Assembly: GCA_965206595.1 (NCBI GenBank)
Contig: OZ242214.1
Span: forward strand, 6,112,001 to 6,176,000
Source: Candidatus Latescibacterota bacterium
Lineage (GTDB): Bacteria > Latescibacterota > UBA2968 > UBA8231
DNA length: 64,000 bases
Reading direction: 5' to 3'
Shown in pieces: positions 35,433 to 45,499 of the stretch. Numbering within the stretch: the first letter of the stretch is position 1; every line of letters starts with the position of its first letter. The notes under the pieces were generated by a model, which was given only the letters and a program-made list of their open reading frames with translations, had not been told where the DNA came from and made no database searches. Both the position numbers and the translations under genes were made by a program.

Positions 35433-36710
35433 CTACAGAAAGTCCGGGATGATCTCGTTTTCCAGCATCTGCTCGAGCGTCTGCCGCCGGCGCAGCAGAT
35501 GCAGTTCGCCGGCCTTGTCGAGCAGGACCTCGGGAGCTTCCGGGAAGGAATTGTAGTTCTTGGCCGCCATGCCGGCGCAGTAGGCGCCGCTGCCGCCGAT
35601 GACGACGGCGTCGCCGATCTGTGCCTCGGTAAGCGGACGCGGCTGCAGACCCTCGGGATTTCCCGTTTCCGGGGTCAGGACATCGCCGCTTTCACAGCAA
35701 TGGCCGACCACCAGGTACTGCGCGCGCGCCCTCGGCTCCTCCGAGGCCGGGACAACGGCGATCGGGTGCTGGGCTCCGTACATGCTGGGCCGCAGCACTT
35801 CCGTCATTCCGGAGTCGACTTTGATGAACGAGTACCCCTCTTTGCCGGTATTCACGACATCGACGACGGAGCAGACGATCGCCCCGGCGTTGGCTGTGAA
35901 ATAGGTACCCGGCTCGATCTCGAGATGCAGCCGTCTGCCGGAATTGGCGGCAAAACGCCGGAACTCTTCGGCGACCGGTTCGCCGGCCACCGCCAGATCC
36001 GTGAAGACCTCGCCGGGGACGCGGCCCACCTTGAAGCCTCCGCCGAGGTTGACGGTGGCTACCTCGGGCAGCAGGGCGGCGATTCCGAGGGTCATCTTGG
36101 CGCAGCGCTGCCAGACCTCGGGATCGCTGCCGGACCCGACGTGGGAGTGGAGCAGACTAATGCGCAGCCCGTGGTCGCGCTGCAGGACCTCGACCTGGTC
36201 GAGCTGGGCGTGCCAGATGCCGAAACTGGCGGAAGGGCCGCCGACGTTGGTGCGGTTGCTGTGTCCGGAACCAAGTCCCGGGTTGAAGCGCACACCGAGT
36301 TCGCTGCCGGGAAAGCGGCTCCCGAAACAGGCGAGCTGGTGCAGGGAACAGGCGTTGAAGCGGATTCCCATGGAAGCCAGATCCTCGAAATCGCCGGGAA
36401 GTTGCTGAGCGGTCAGAAGAATCTGCCCAGGCTCCACCCCCGCCTCGAGAGCGCGGCGGACCTCCCATCCGCTGCTGGCGTCGATCTGCAGCCCCGCCCG
36501 GTTCAAGACGCGGATGACCCCGGCATTCGGGCAGGCTTTCATCGCGTAGCGCACCGTAAGCCCGAAGGCGTTGGGAAACTCGAGCGCAGCCCGGGCCTGG
36601 GCTTCGAGTGCGTCCTGATCGTAGACGAACACCGGGGTGCCGAAGCGCTCGCGGATGTTGCGAACCTGCTCCTCATCGAGAAACGAACCGGTCGTCGGGG
36701 AACTGTTCAT
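35433..36710 (-). CDS. lysA: Diaminopimelate decarboxylase
   Basis: GTPVFVYD, YAMKA (PLP lysine), HSHVGSG, NLGGG, EPG, GHCCESGD, GAYCAGM. Confidence 0.92.
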   Translation of the reverse strand: MNSSPTTGSFLDEEQVRNIRERFGTPVFVYDQDALEAQARAALEFPNAFGLTVRYAMKACPNAGVIRVLNRAGLQIDASSGWEVRRALEAGVEPGQILLTAQQLPGDFEDLASMGIRFNACSLHQLACFGSRFPGSELGVRFNPGLGSGHSNRTNVGGPSASFGIWHAQLDQVEVLQRDHGLRISLLHSHVGSGSDPEVWQRCAKMTLGIAALLPEVATVNLGGGFKVGRVPGEVFTDLAVAGEPVAEEFRRFAANSGRRLHLEIEPGTYFTANAGAIVCSVVDVVNTGKEGYSFIKVDSGMTEVLRPSMYGAQHPIAVVPASEEPRARAQYLVVGHCCESGDVLTPETGNPEGLQPRPLTEAQIGDAVVIGGSGAYCAGMAAKNYNSFPEAPEVLLDKAGELHLLRRRQTLEQMLENEIIPDFL

Positions 36711-36798
36711 GAGTGTCGTATCTTACTATTTTTATTGAACGTTGGTGACTTCATGGGCACCGTCCGAGTATCGCCCCGGGCTTAGAATCCGTCAAGAC

Positions 36799-38622
36799 AT
36801 GGCCGTTGACATCCTCGGGATTTCCGCCTTCTACCACGACAGCGCCGCATGCCTGCTACGCGACGGAGAGATCATCGCCGCCGCCCAGGAAGAGCGCTTC
36901 TCGCGGGTGAAGCACGACCCCGGTTTTCCCTCGCAGGCGGTTCGCTACTGTCTCCGCGAAGGCGGGATCGGAGCTGCCGATCTCGAATGCGTCGGTTTTT
37001 ACGACAAGCCGCTGCTTACCTTCGAGCGCCTGCTCGAAACCCATCTCAGCACGGCGCCGATCGGCATCCGGCTGTTCTGGAAGTCGATGCAGGTGTGGCT
37101 CAAGAAGAAGCTCTGGATTCCGCAGCTGATACAAAAGGAGCTCGGCCGCGACGTTCCCGTCCTGTTCGGATACCACCACGAGTCGCACGCGGCCAGCGCC
37201 TTCTATCCCTCCCCCTATGACGAGGCCGCCATCATCACCCTCGACGGAGTGGGTGAGTGGACGACGACGAGCTACGGCTTCGGGCGCGGCGCCGAGGTGC
37301 ACTCGCTTGCCGAGATGAACTTCCCGCATTCGCTGGGACTGCTTTACAGCGCCCTGACCTATTTCGCCGGCTTCAAGCCGAACTCGGGAGAGTACAAACT
37401 CATGGGGTTGGCGCCCTACGGCGAGCCGAAGTACGCCGGGCGCCTGCTCGACCAAGTGATCGACCTCGCCTCAGACGGTTCGTTCCGCCTCGACATGAAG
37501 TTCTTCAACTACCTTTCGGGCCTCACCATGACCTCGCCTGCGATGGCTGACCTTCTCGACGGTCCCCCCAGGCCCGCGGAGAGCCTGATCACCCAACGGG
37601 AAATGGATATCGCCCGCTCCTGCCAGGTGGTGACGGAGGAGGTGATGCTGCGGATGGCCCGGCAGGTGCACGCCGAGACCGGTATGTCGAAGCTCTGTCT
37701 GGCGGGCGGTGTGGCATTGAACTGCGTCGGCAACGGCCGCATCCTGCGCGAGGGACCATTCGACGACATCTGGGTCCAGCCGGCCGCCGGGGATGCCGGG
37801 GGAGCGCTCGGCGTAGCGTTGTCGATATGGCATCGCCACCTCGGCAACGAGCGCACCGCGGACGGCGCACGCGATGCCATGAAGGGAGCCCACCTCGGTC
37901 CGGCTTACGGCGACGAGGAGATCGCCGACTATCTCGAACGCGTCGAGGCCCCAGCCCGGCGCCGGTCCGCGGAGGAGCTTTCTGCGGACGTCGCCGAGCT
38001 CCTCGACGAAGGCATGGTGATCGGCTGGTTCTGCGGCCGCATGGAGTTCGGGCCACGGGCCCTCGGGGCCCGAAGCATCCTCGGGGATCCGCGCTCACCG
38101 AGGATGCAGTCCCGGATGAATCTCAAGATCAAATACCGGGAGAGCTTTCGGCCTTTCGCTCCGAGCGTGCTGCGCGAGCACGTCGCCGACTACTTCGAAC
38201 TCGATGCCGACTCACCCTACATGCTTATGGTCGCGCCGGTGCGGGAAGATCGGCGTCTCCCGATATCGGAAGAACAGCGCCAACTCTTCGGAATCGAGCG
38301 GCTGAAGGTCCCGCGTTCCGAGATCCCGGCAGTAACCCATGTCGACTACTCGGCGCGCATACAGACGGTGGCGCGAGAGGACAATCCCCCCTATTACGAC
38401 CTCATCCGGGCTTTTTTCAGCCGTACAGGCTGCCCTCTGGTAGTAAACACTTCGTTCAATGTTCGCGGCGAGCCGATAGTCAATACCCCGGAAGAGGCCT
38501 ACCGCTGTTTCATGCGCACCGAGATGGACTACCTGGTACTCGGCAGCTTCCTGCTCGACAGGCGGGAGCAGCCAGCCTGGGTAGAGGGGCAGTCCTGGCA
38601 GCAGGAGTTCGCACCGGACTGA
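36799..38622 (+). CDS. NodU/CmcH/TobZ-family O-carbamoyltransferase
   Basis: GISAFYHDSAA, QEERFSR, HHESHAASAF, DGVGE, GEYKLMGLAPYG, AGGVALNC, EFGPRALG, NTSFN. Confidence 0.95.
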   Translation: MAVDILGISAFYHDSAACLLRDGEIIAAAQEERFSRVKHDPGFPSQAVRYCLREGGIGAADLECVGFYDKPLLTFERLLETHLSTAPIGIRLFWKSMQVWLKKKLWIPQLIQKELGRDVPVLFGYHHESHAASAFYPSPYDEAAIITLDGVGEWTTTSYGFGRGAEVHSLAEMNFPHSLGLLYSALTYFAGFKPNSGEYKLMGLAPYGEPKYAGRLLDQVIDLASDGSFRLDMKFFNYLSGLTMTSPAMADLLDGPPRPAESLITQREMDIARSCQVVTEEVMLRMARQVHAETGMSKLCLAGGVALNCVGNGRILREGPFDDIWVQPAAGDAGGALGVALSIWHRHLGNERTADGARDAMKGAHLGPAYGDEEIADYLERVEAPARRRSAEELSADVAELLDEGMVIGWFCGRMEFGPRALGARSILGDPRSPRMQSRMNLKIKYRESFRPFAPSVLREHVADYFELDADSPYMLMVAPVREDRRLPISEEQRQLFGIERLKVPRSEIPAVTHVDYSARIQTVAREDNPPYYDLIRAFFSRTGCPLVVNTSFNVRGEPIVNTPEEAYRCFMRTEMDYLVLGSFLLDRREQPAWVEGQSWQQEFAPD

Positions 38623-39107
38623 TGCCGGCCACGAACGGGGGCCCAGCCGCGAAGGGGAAGCATTCCTTCTGGATGATTCCGGCGCCTGCCGCGGGGCAGC
38701 TGCGCAGCTTTGGATTACTGATGGCGGCCGCCAGCGCATGTGCAGGAGGGGGTCTGTGGTTCCTTCAGTCACAGCCGGAGGCGCTGTGGGCCGGAGGCCT
38801 GGCCGTCTGGCTGCTGGCATGCGCCATGTTCTGGCTAGGGCCGCTGCGGCCTCTCTACCTCGTCTGGATGACGCTGGCAAGAGTTCTGGGGTTCGTCAAC
38901 TCTCACCTGCTTCTTGCCCTGGTTTTCTACTCGATTTTCACCGCGTTCGGGCTGATCATGCGCTTGGTGCGCTACGATCCCCTGCAGAAAGCCGGATCCG
39001 AGGAGGTGGGGCATGACCGGATCGACAGCGGCGAAGGAGAGAGGTCCTACTGGTTGAAGCGGGAGAATCCACTGCACTCCCGCGACCATTTTCAGCGTCA
39101 ATTTTGA
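38622..39107 (+). CDS. SxtJ-like membrane protein
   Basis: LRSFGL, PLYLVWM.LA..LGFVNS, DPL, SYW and C-terminal RQF; translationally coupled to the carbamoyltransferase. Confidence 0.78.
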   Translation: MPATNGGPAAKGKHSFWMIPAPAAGQLRSFGLLMAAASACAGGGLWFLQSQPEALWAGGLAVWLLACAMFWLGPLRPLYLVWMTLARVLGFVNSHLLLALVFYSIFTAFGLIMRLVRYDPLQKAGSEEVGHDRIDSGEGERSYWLKRENPLHSRDHFQRQF

Positions 39108-39285
39108 ACGCGCGAGCAGTCGTAACTGTTTCTCCAGCTTGGCTCTACGCGGGCATTGGAGGGCTGCGCGCCACCTTCGGCGCTGTTGAAACCAAGCGCC
39201 GGTTCGGTTATATTAATTACCCTTTTGGAAGTCTTCTTCCCCAGCCCCCTCACCGGCCGTACCAGGGCAAGGGGGCAGTCGAACG

Positions 39286-39777
39286 ATGGCGTCGGAAGCA
39301 GCTGAAATGGACGGGCTCGATCGGCATTGGATGAGGGAGGCCGTCGAGTTGGCCGAGAGGGCGGCGGGTGCTGCGGAAGTGCCGGTCGGAGCCGTGCTCG
39401 TCAGCGGTGACAGGATAATCGGGCGGGGCTCCAACCGCGTAGAATCGACTCGCGATCCGACGGCACATGCCGAGATGATCGCAATCCGCGAGGCGGTTTC
39501 CGCCGCGGGTTCTCGACACCTTGACGATACTGTGTTGTACGTAACGCTGGAGCCCTGCGCCATGTGTGCAGGGGCTCTGGTCCTGGCACGCGTTTCGCGG
39601 CTGGTTTTCGGAGCTTGCGACCCGAAAGCCGGCGCCTGTGGAAGTGTCAGGGATGTCGTCCGGGACCCCCGCCTGAACCACACATGCGAGGTGCGCGGGG
39701 GCGTGTTGCAGGCGGAGTCCAGCGCCCTTCTCAGGTGCTTTTTCCGGCAGCTGAGAAGGGGTGAATGCAGGGATTGA
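39286..39777 (+). CDS. tadA: tRNA adenosine(34) deaminase
   Basis: EVPVGAV, DPTAHAE, TLEPCAMCAG, DPKAGA, LNH. Confidence 0.96.
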   Translation: MASEAAEMDGLDRHWMREAVELAERAAGAAEVPVGAVLVSGDRIIGRGSNRVESTRDPTAHAEMIAIREAVSAAGSRHLDDTVLYVTLEPCAMCAGALVLARVSRLVFGACDPKAGACGSVRDVVRDPRLNHTCEVRGGVLQAESSALLRCFFRQLRRGECRD

Positions 39778-39781
39778 TTTT

Positions 39782-39868
39782 GGAGAGGTGCCTGAGTGGA
39801 CGAAAGGGGCGGTCTCGAAAACCGTTGTGGCCGTCAGGTCACCGTGGGTTCGAATCCCACCCTCTCCG
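39782..39868 (+). tRNA. tRNA-Ser(CGA)
   Basis: GGAGAGG acceptor, anticodon loop CTCGAAA, long variable arm; no encoded CCA. Confidence 0.95.
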
Positions 39869-39933
39869 AAGATTGCATCAAAACAGAGTACCGACAGCGG
39901 CACGCAGTCGGGTCGCCGTCAAGCCGAAGCGTC

Positions 39934-40024
<91 letters not shown>

Positions 40025-40040
40025 GCATTGAGGGTTGCGT

Positions 40041-40116
40041 GGGGCAGTAGCTCAGTAGGGAGAGCGCCAGGTTCGCAATCTGGAGGTCGTGGGTTCGATT
40101 CCCATCTGCTCCACCA
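40041..40116 (+). tRNA. tRNA-Ala(CGC)
   Basis: G3:U70 pair, anticodon loop TTCGCAA, ACCA end, 76 nt. Confidence 0.95.
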
Positions 40117-40183
40117 ATTTCTTTGCCGCATTCCGTATTTCGTCCCGCCCGTTTCTCGTCTGTCGGCGGGGCATTGAGCATCA

Positions 40184-40454
40184 GGTCGTGCTAGATGGGG
40201 AGTTAGCGGTGCCCTGTGACCCGCAATCCGCTACAGCGGGATCGAAGTCCCATCCGAGGCCCCAGCGTCTCTCAATCGTCCGATGAGAAGTGGCGTCGAA
40301 AGCCAGATTCCGCGCAACGGAAGGTTTCCGAACCCCGTCAGGACCGGAAGGTAGCAGCGGTAGGAACGCCATTGCGTGTGCCGCGGAGCCGTCTGGCTGG
40401 AGCCAACTGGCATCGGCCGAAACGGAGGCCGGGTTCGAAGATGGGTGCACGACC
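40184..40454 (+). ncRNA. ffs: Large (Alu-containing) bacterial SRP RNA
   Basis: Helix 8 GTCAGGACCGGAAGGTAGCAGC; terminal pairing GGTCGTGC/GCACGACC; 5' Alu-like segment; T-run after; directly upstream of dnaX. Confidence 0.93.
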
Positions 40455-40484
40455 TTTTTTTAACCCGAAGAATCGCGACCCGAA

Positions 40485-42113
40485 ATGACGTACCAAGTCA
40501 CCGCCCGGAAATGGCGGCCCCAGACCTTTACCGAGGTGGTCGGCCAGGAGCACATCACCGCGACGCTGACCAATGCCCTCGACACCGGGCGGATCGCCCA
40601 CTGCTACCTGTTTTGCGGTCCTCGCGGGGTCGGCAAGACCACCACGGCCCGGATTCTCGCCAAGGCACTCAACTGCGGCAACCGCCGCGGAGCCGATCCC
40701 TGCCAGGAGTGCCCTTCCTGCATCAGCATCACCGACGGAACCAGCATGGACGTGCTGGAGATCGACGGAGCCTCCAACAACAGCGTCGACGATGTCCGCG
40801 AGTTGCGCGAGATCGTCCGCTACGTTCCCACCGCCGGCTCACACAAGATCTACATCATCGACGAAGTACACATGCTGTCCACGGCGGCCTTCAACGCCCT
40901 CCTGAAGACACTCGAAGAGCCCCCGAAGCGGGTCGTGTTCGTCTTCGCCACCACCGAGGTTCAGGACGTGCCCGACACGATTATTTCCCGTTGCCAGCGT
41001 TTCAATTTTCGCCGCATTCCAGCCGGGCGCATAGCAGAGCACCTGCGGATGATCGCCGAGACCGACGGCATCTCCGCGGATCAGGAAGCCCTCTACCTGC
41101 TGGCCCAACGCGCCGACGGGGCGCTCCGGGACGCCGAGAGCCTTATGGATCAGGTCGCCTCGTTCGAACGCAACGGCGTGACCCCGGGGGGCGTCAGGCA
41201 GGTACTGGGGCTGGTCGACCGCAATGCCTATTTCGAACTCTCCGACGCCGTAGTCAATGGCGACGGCGGCCGCGTTCTCGACGCAATAGCGACAGCAGCG
41301 GAGGAGGGGACCGATTTTGAGGAGTTCATCAAGGGATTCAGCGAACACGTCGGGCAATGGCTGTCGGTTCGGGTGCAAGGCACCGCGGACAGGCTCGAGA
41401 TCGCCGACGTCGAAAAGGCCCGCTTCGAGGAGCTCGCTCCCCGTCTCCCGGAAGAGGACATTCTGCGCATCCTCAAGGCGCTGCTGGACCTCGAGGCGGA
41501 ACTGCGGCGCTCGGTGCAACCTCGCTTTCGCGTCGAAATGACCCTCGTCCGCTTGTCCCGCATGGGTCGCAGCATGGAAGTCGGAGAGCTGCTGCGCAAG
41601 GTTCGGGACCTGGCCGCGGACGGGAGCCCGCCAGCCACAACCGGGAGGACGTCGGCCGCCGAGGCCCAAAGGCCTGAGAAACGGGCCAAACGCGAAGTCT
41701 CTCCGAAGCCCGCGGAACCCTCCCCTGAGTCAGGAGGGACACCGGAAGCCGCGGTCGAAGCCCCGGCGCCGAGCCTGGAGGCGATTCGCGCCTGTTGGGA
41801 CCAGGTTGTAGCCAGTCTCAAGCAGGAACAGCCCGGCACAGCCACCTCCCTGGGGGATGCGCGGCTGGACAGCCTGGAGGGCTCGACCCTGAAGCTGATG
41901 TTTTCACCCGAGGACAGTTTCAACAAGGACCGGGTCGACAAGAACCGGGCGGCGGTGGAGAAGGCTTTGTCGGCGGCGACAGGACAAACTGTCCGCATTC
42001 GCTGCGAGTCTGCCGAGCAACGGGAAGCGGCTGTCGGGAAGGCTGAGAAACCCCTGGCCGAGCACCCGAAGGTACGCGCCGTCCTCGACGCTTTCGACGG
42101 GGAGCTGGTGTAG
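40485..42113 (+). CDS. dnaX: DNA polymerase III gamma/tau
   Basis: ARKWRPQTF, GPRGVGKTT, EIDGASN, IDEVHMLS, SRCQ. Confidence 0.98.
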   Translation: MTYQVTARKWRPQTFTEVVGQEHITATLTNALDTGRIAHCYLFCGPRGVGKTTTARILAKALNCGNRRGADPCQECPSCISITDGTSMDVLEIDGASNNSVDDVRELREIVRYVPTAGSHKIYIIDEVHMLSTAAFNALLKTLEEPPKRVVFVFATTEVQDVPDTIISRCQRFNFRRIPAGRIAEHLRMIAETDGISADQEALYLLAQRADGALRDAESLMDQVASFERNGVTPGGVRQVLGLVDRNAYFELSDAVVNGDGGRVLDAIATAAEEGTDFEEFIKGFSEHVGQWLSVRVQGTADRLEIADVEKARFEELAPRLPEEDILRILKALLDLEAELRRSVQPRFRVEMTLVRLSRMGRSMEVGELLRKVRDLAADGSPPATTGRTSAAEAQRPEKRAKREVSPKPAEPSPESGGTPEAAVEAPAPSLEAIRACWDQVVASLKQEQPGTATSLGDARLDSLEGSTLKLMFSPEDSFNKDRVDKNRAAVEKALSAATGQTVRIRCESAEQREAAVGKAEKPLAEHPKVRAVLDAFDGELV

Positions 42114-42129
42114 GAGGTCTGGCGTCGTC

Positions 42130-42726
42130 ATGGGACCTGAGGCATTGGAGGATATGATTTCGGCATTCGCCCGTCTTCCCGGGATAGGACGGAAGACCGC
42201 GCAGCGGCTTGTCTTTCATCTCATCAAAATGCCGCCGCGGGAGGCGGAGACCTTGGCGACGGCAATCGTCAACGGGCGCAGCGGCATTCAGTACTGCGAA
42301 AAATGCTATAATTTCACTGACAAAGGAGAAACCGCCTGCGCGATCTGCCGGGACGAAACCCGCGACCCGGGGATCATCTGCGTCGTCGAAGAAGCGAGCC
42401 ACGTGCTCGTCCTTGAACTCAGCCGGCTTTTCACAGGTACTTATCACGTTCTCGGCGGAGCCCTGTCGCCCCTTGACGGCATCGGGCCGGGTGATTTGCG
42501 CATCGACGAACTGGTGTCCCGGGTAAGCTCGCAGCAGGTAACGGAGGTGATTCTCGCCAACAATGCCAGCGCCGAGGGGGAGGCGACGGCAGAGTACATC
42601 CAGCGCAAGCTCGGGCAGCTCACCGTGGTCTCCAGGCTGGCGCGCGGGTTGCCGGTCGGGTCCGATCTGGATCTCGCGGACAAGGTCACGCTGGCACACG
42701 CCCTTCAGGGGCGGCGCTCCTTCTGA
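42130..42726 (+). CDS. recR: Recombination mediator RecR
   Basis: LPGIGRKTAQRL, C4 zinc finger, YHVLGG, EGEATA. Confidence 0.97.
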   Translation: MGPEALEDMISAFARLPGIGRKTAQRLVFHLIKMPPREAETLATAIVNGRSGIQYCEKCYNFTDKGETACAICRDETRDPGIICVVEEASHVLVLELSRLFTGTYHVLGGALSPLDGIGPGDLRIDELVSRVSSQQVTEVILANNASAEGEATAEYIQRKLGQLTVVSRLARGLPVGSDLDLADKVTLAHALQGRRSF

Positions 42727-42758
42727 CTGAAAGCCATGCAATCGCGGACAGATTTGCT

Positions 42759-43359
42759 CATGGCAATTCGAGAGATTGCAAACGTTCCAAACCTGCTGAC
42801 GATCTCCAGGATCTTCCTGACGCCGTTGTTCCTGGCGATGCTGTTTGCGGACACCTGGTACTGGCGGAGTATGGCCTGCGTCGTGTTCGCTCTGGCCTCG
42901 GTCACGGATTTCTACGACGGCCGCATGGCGAGGTCCAACAACCGGGTGACCGATTTCGGTCGCTTCATGGATCCACTGGCTGACAAGATCCTGGTTACGT
43001 CGGCACTGATCGCCCTGGTGCTGGGCCGCATCGTCCACTACTGGCTCGTTCTGCCGATTGTAGTGCGAGATATCATCATCACGGGAATGCGCCTCTACGG
43101 GGTTTACCACGGGCGTCAGATGGAGACTTCCAGGCTGGCCAAGTGGAAGACCTTCGCGCAGTTGCTGGCTGTCGTCATCATCCTGTTCGCGATCGGCCTT
43201 CAGGAAGTCTTCGGCCGCTTCGAGTGGAACCACCTGCTGCCGCTCGAGGAATCGCTGGTCCCCACCCTGTCGAACGGCCTGATGGCAGCGGTTCTCCTGC
43301 TTACGCTGGCCTCCGGCTTTCACTATTTTATCAGAACTGGGTACTCGGTTCGCTCTTGA
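42759..43359 (+). CDS. pgsA: CDP-diacylglycerol--glycerol-3-phosphate 3-phosphatidyltransferase
   Basis: NVPNLLTISR, TDFYDGRMAR, GRFMDPLADK, KWKT; start may be 42736. Confidence 0.93.
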
Positions 43360-43904
43360 GACGCGGCGAGTCCAGTCCCCGGACGAGACCAGGTCGCGGT
43401 TTCGTCCGAGCGATTGCCACCCTTCTCTACTCCGGCCATGCGCCGGTCGCTCCGGGAACCGCTGGGAGCGCGGTGACGGCGGTCGGCTACTACTTCCTCT
43501 GTTCTTCCCTGACGGCCGTGCAATGGACATTCCTCCTGGTGGGGAGCTTTGCGGTGGCGGTATACACTGCCGGCGTCATGGCCCGCGACTGGGGACCGGA
43601 CCCCGGCCCGGTGGTCATCGACGAGTTCGTCGGCTATCTCGTCTCCGTGGCGTTCCTGCCGCACAGCATCTGGATCGCGGTCGCGGGATTCTTCCTCTTC
43701 AGGGCTCTTGATATTGTAAAACCTCCCCCGGCACGCCATCTAGAGCGGCTGCCCGGAGGCTGGGGGATCGTGCTGGACGACGTGGCGGCAGGGGTCTACT
43801 GCCAGTTGATACTGTGGGCGGCAGTCATCGCTGGCGGCTGGCCCGAAGTTCCGGGGATCGTCCAGGAAGCGGGGGGCGCGTTATTGGCAACGCTTGGGAA
43901 ATGA
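43356..43904 (+). CDS. pgpA: Phosphatidylglycerophosphatase A
   Basis: [35 protein letters not shown]; TTG start overlapping the pgsA stop is inferred. Confidence 0.9.
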   Translation: MRRGESSPRTRPGRGFVRAIATLLYSGHAPVAPGTAGSAVTAVGYYFLCSSLTAVQWTFLLVGSFAVAVYTAGVMARDWGPDPGPVVIDEFVGYLVSVAFLPHSIWIAVAGFFLFRALDIVKPPPARHLERLPGGWGIVLDDVAAGVYCQLILWAAVIAGGWPEVPGIVQEAGGALLATLGK

Positions 43905-43914
43905 CGATCGAGCC

Positions 43915-44982
43915 ATGGCGAAAGAGAACGACAGCAACCGAGACAAGAAGGTCAGGGATCGGGAAAATGCACTCGACCTCGCCCTCTCCCAGATCGAAAA
44001 GCAGCACGGCAAAGGGGCCGTCATGCGACTTGGGGAGCGAGGTGGTCGCGTAGATGTGGAAGCGATACCGAGCGGGTCCCTGGCGCTCGACCGGGCGCTC
44101 GGGATCGGGGGGTTTCCCAAAGGCCGCATCGTCGAGATCTACGGGCCCGAGGGATCGGGAAAAACGATGGTCTCCCTGCACGTCGTACGGGAGGCGCAGA
44201 GAGAGGGTGGGACGGCCGCTTTCATCGACGCCGAGCACGCTCTCGACGTCGGCTTCGCGCGCCGCATCGGCGTCGATGTCGACGGGCTCATCATCTCCCA
44301 GCCCGACAGCGGCGAGCAGGCGCTCGAGATAGTCGATACCCTGGTGCGCAGCGGAGCCTTCGATATCATCGTCCTCGACTCGGTGGCGGCGCTCGTGCCC
44401 CAGGCCGAGCTCGACGGCGAAATGGGGGATTCGCACATGGGGCTGCAGGCGCGTCTGATGTCACAGGCGTTGCGCAAGCTGGCCCCATCGATCAATCGTT
44501 CGCAGACATGCGTGGTTTTCATCAACCAGCTGCGCATGAAAATCGGAGTCATGTTCGGCAACCCGGAGACGACTACAGGCGGCAGGGCACTCGGTTTCTA
44601 CGCCTCGCTCCGCCTGGACATCCGGCGCGTCGCCCAGATCAAGGACGGCGACGAAGCCGTCGGAAGCCGCACCCGCGTCAAGGTGGTGAAGAACAAGCTT
44701 GCGCCCCCTTACCGGCAGGCGGAGTTCGACCTCTTTTTTCTGGGCGACCAGATCGGCATGTCGCGCGAGGGGGACATCGTCGACATCGGTGTCGACTGCG
44801 GGCTGATCCAAAAGAGCGGCACGTGGTTTTCCTACAACGGAGAACGTCTCGGACAGGGTCGCGAGAATGCCAAGGGGTTTCTCGCCGAGAATGAAGAACT
44901 CGCCGCGGCCCTCGAGTCCCGGCTGCGGACCGAGCTGGGTCTCGGCAACGGTTTGCAGCCGACCGCCGAACCAGTGGAGTGA
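43915..44982 (+). CDS. recA: Recombinase A
   Basis: [46 protein letters not shown]. Confidence 0.99.
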   Translation: MAKENDSNRDKKVRDRENALDLALSQIEKQHGKGAVMRLGERGGRVDVEAIPSGSLALDRALGIGGFPKGRIVEIYGPEGSGKTMVSLHVVREAQREGGTAAFIDAEHALDVGFARRIGVDVDGLIISQPDSGEQALEIVDTLVRSGAFDIIVLDSVAALVPQAELDGEMGDSHMGLQARLMSQALRKLAPSINRSQTCVVFINQLRMKIGVMFGNPETTTGGRALGFYASLRLDIRRVAQIKDGDEAVGSRTRVKVVKNKLAPPYRQAEFDLFFLGDQIGMSREGDIVDIGVDCGLIQKSGTWFSYNGERLGQGRENAKGFLAENEELAAALESRLRTELGLGNGLQPTAEPVE

Positions 44983-44986
44983 TGAA

Positions 44987-45499
44987 GTGCCGTCGCAGTA
45001 CGACAGCATATGCCAGGCCAAGGAGGTGGCGTTGCGCTACCTGAAAAACCAGGACCGAACCGAGCACCAGGTTCGGCGAAAACTGGTCGAGAAAGGTTTC
45101 CACCAGACCGTGATCGAGTCGACCCTTGCCGATCTCGGGCGTGCCCGTCTCCTCGACGACCGTGCCTTCGCGCGCCGCTGGATCGAAAGCAGGATGGCGA
45201 ACCGGCCGGCGGGGGAATCGCGTTTCGAGCAGGATCTGCAAAGCAGGGGGGTAGCCCCCGATGTCATTGCCGAGGTGCTCGCCGAGTGCGATACCGTCGG
45301 TTCGGAAGGGGCCGCGTTGCAGGTGCTCCGCCGGCACCGGTGGAGATTCGCCGGGTTGGCGGAAGAGAAGGCCAAGCGGCGAATGTGGGGATTGCTGGGC
45401 AGGCGGGGATTCGACGCCGATACCAGCCAGCGCGCCGTCGAACAGATGCTGGCCGAGACGACCGGTGAGAGCGTGGAAACAGCGGAGCAAATGCAGTGA
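44987..45499 (+). CDS. recX: Regulatory protein RecX
   Basis: ALRYL..QDRTE, LLDDRAFA, LGRRGF; follows recA. Confidence 0.88.
   Translation: MPSQYDSICQAKEVALRYLKNQDRTEHQVRRKLVEKGFHQTVIESTLADLGRARLLDDRAFARRWIESRMANRPAGESRFEQDLQSRGVAPDVIAEVLAECDTVGSEGAALQVLRRHRWRFAGLAEEKAKRRMWGLLGRRGFDADTSQRAVEQMLAETTGESVETAEQMQ

Noticed and set aside
34395-36785. 796-aa plus-strand ORF and similar long antisense ORFs (e.g. 41920-43530, 45037-46680)
   Set aside because: Shadow frames of GC-rich genes with no family motifs.
40485-42113. dnaX gamma/tau frameshift signal
   Set aside because: No A-AAA-AAG heptamer or long A-run found.
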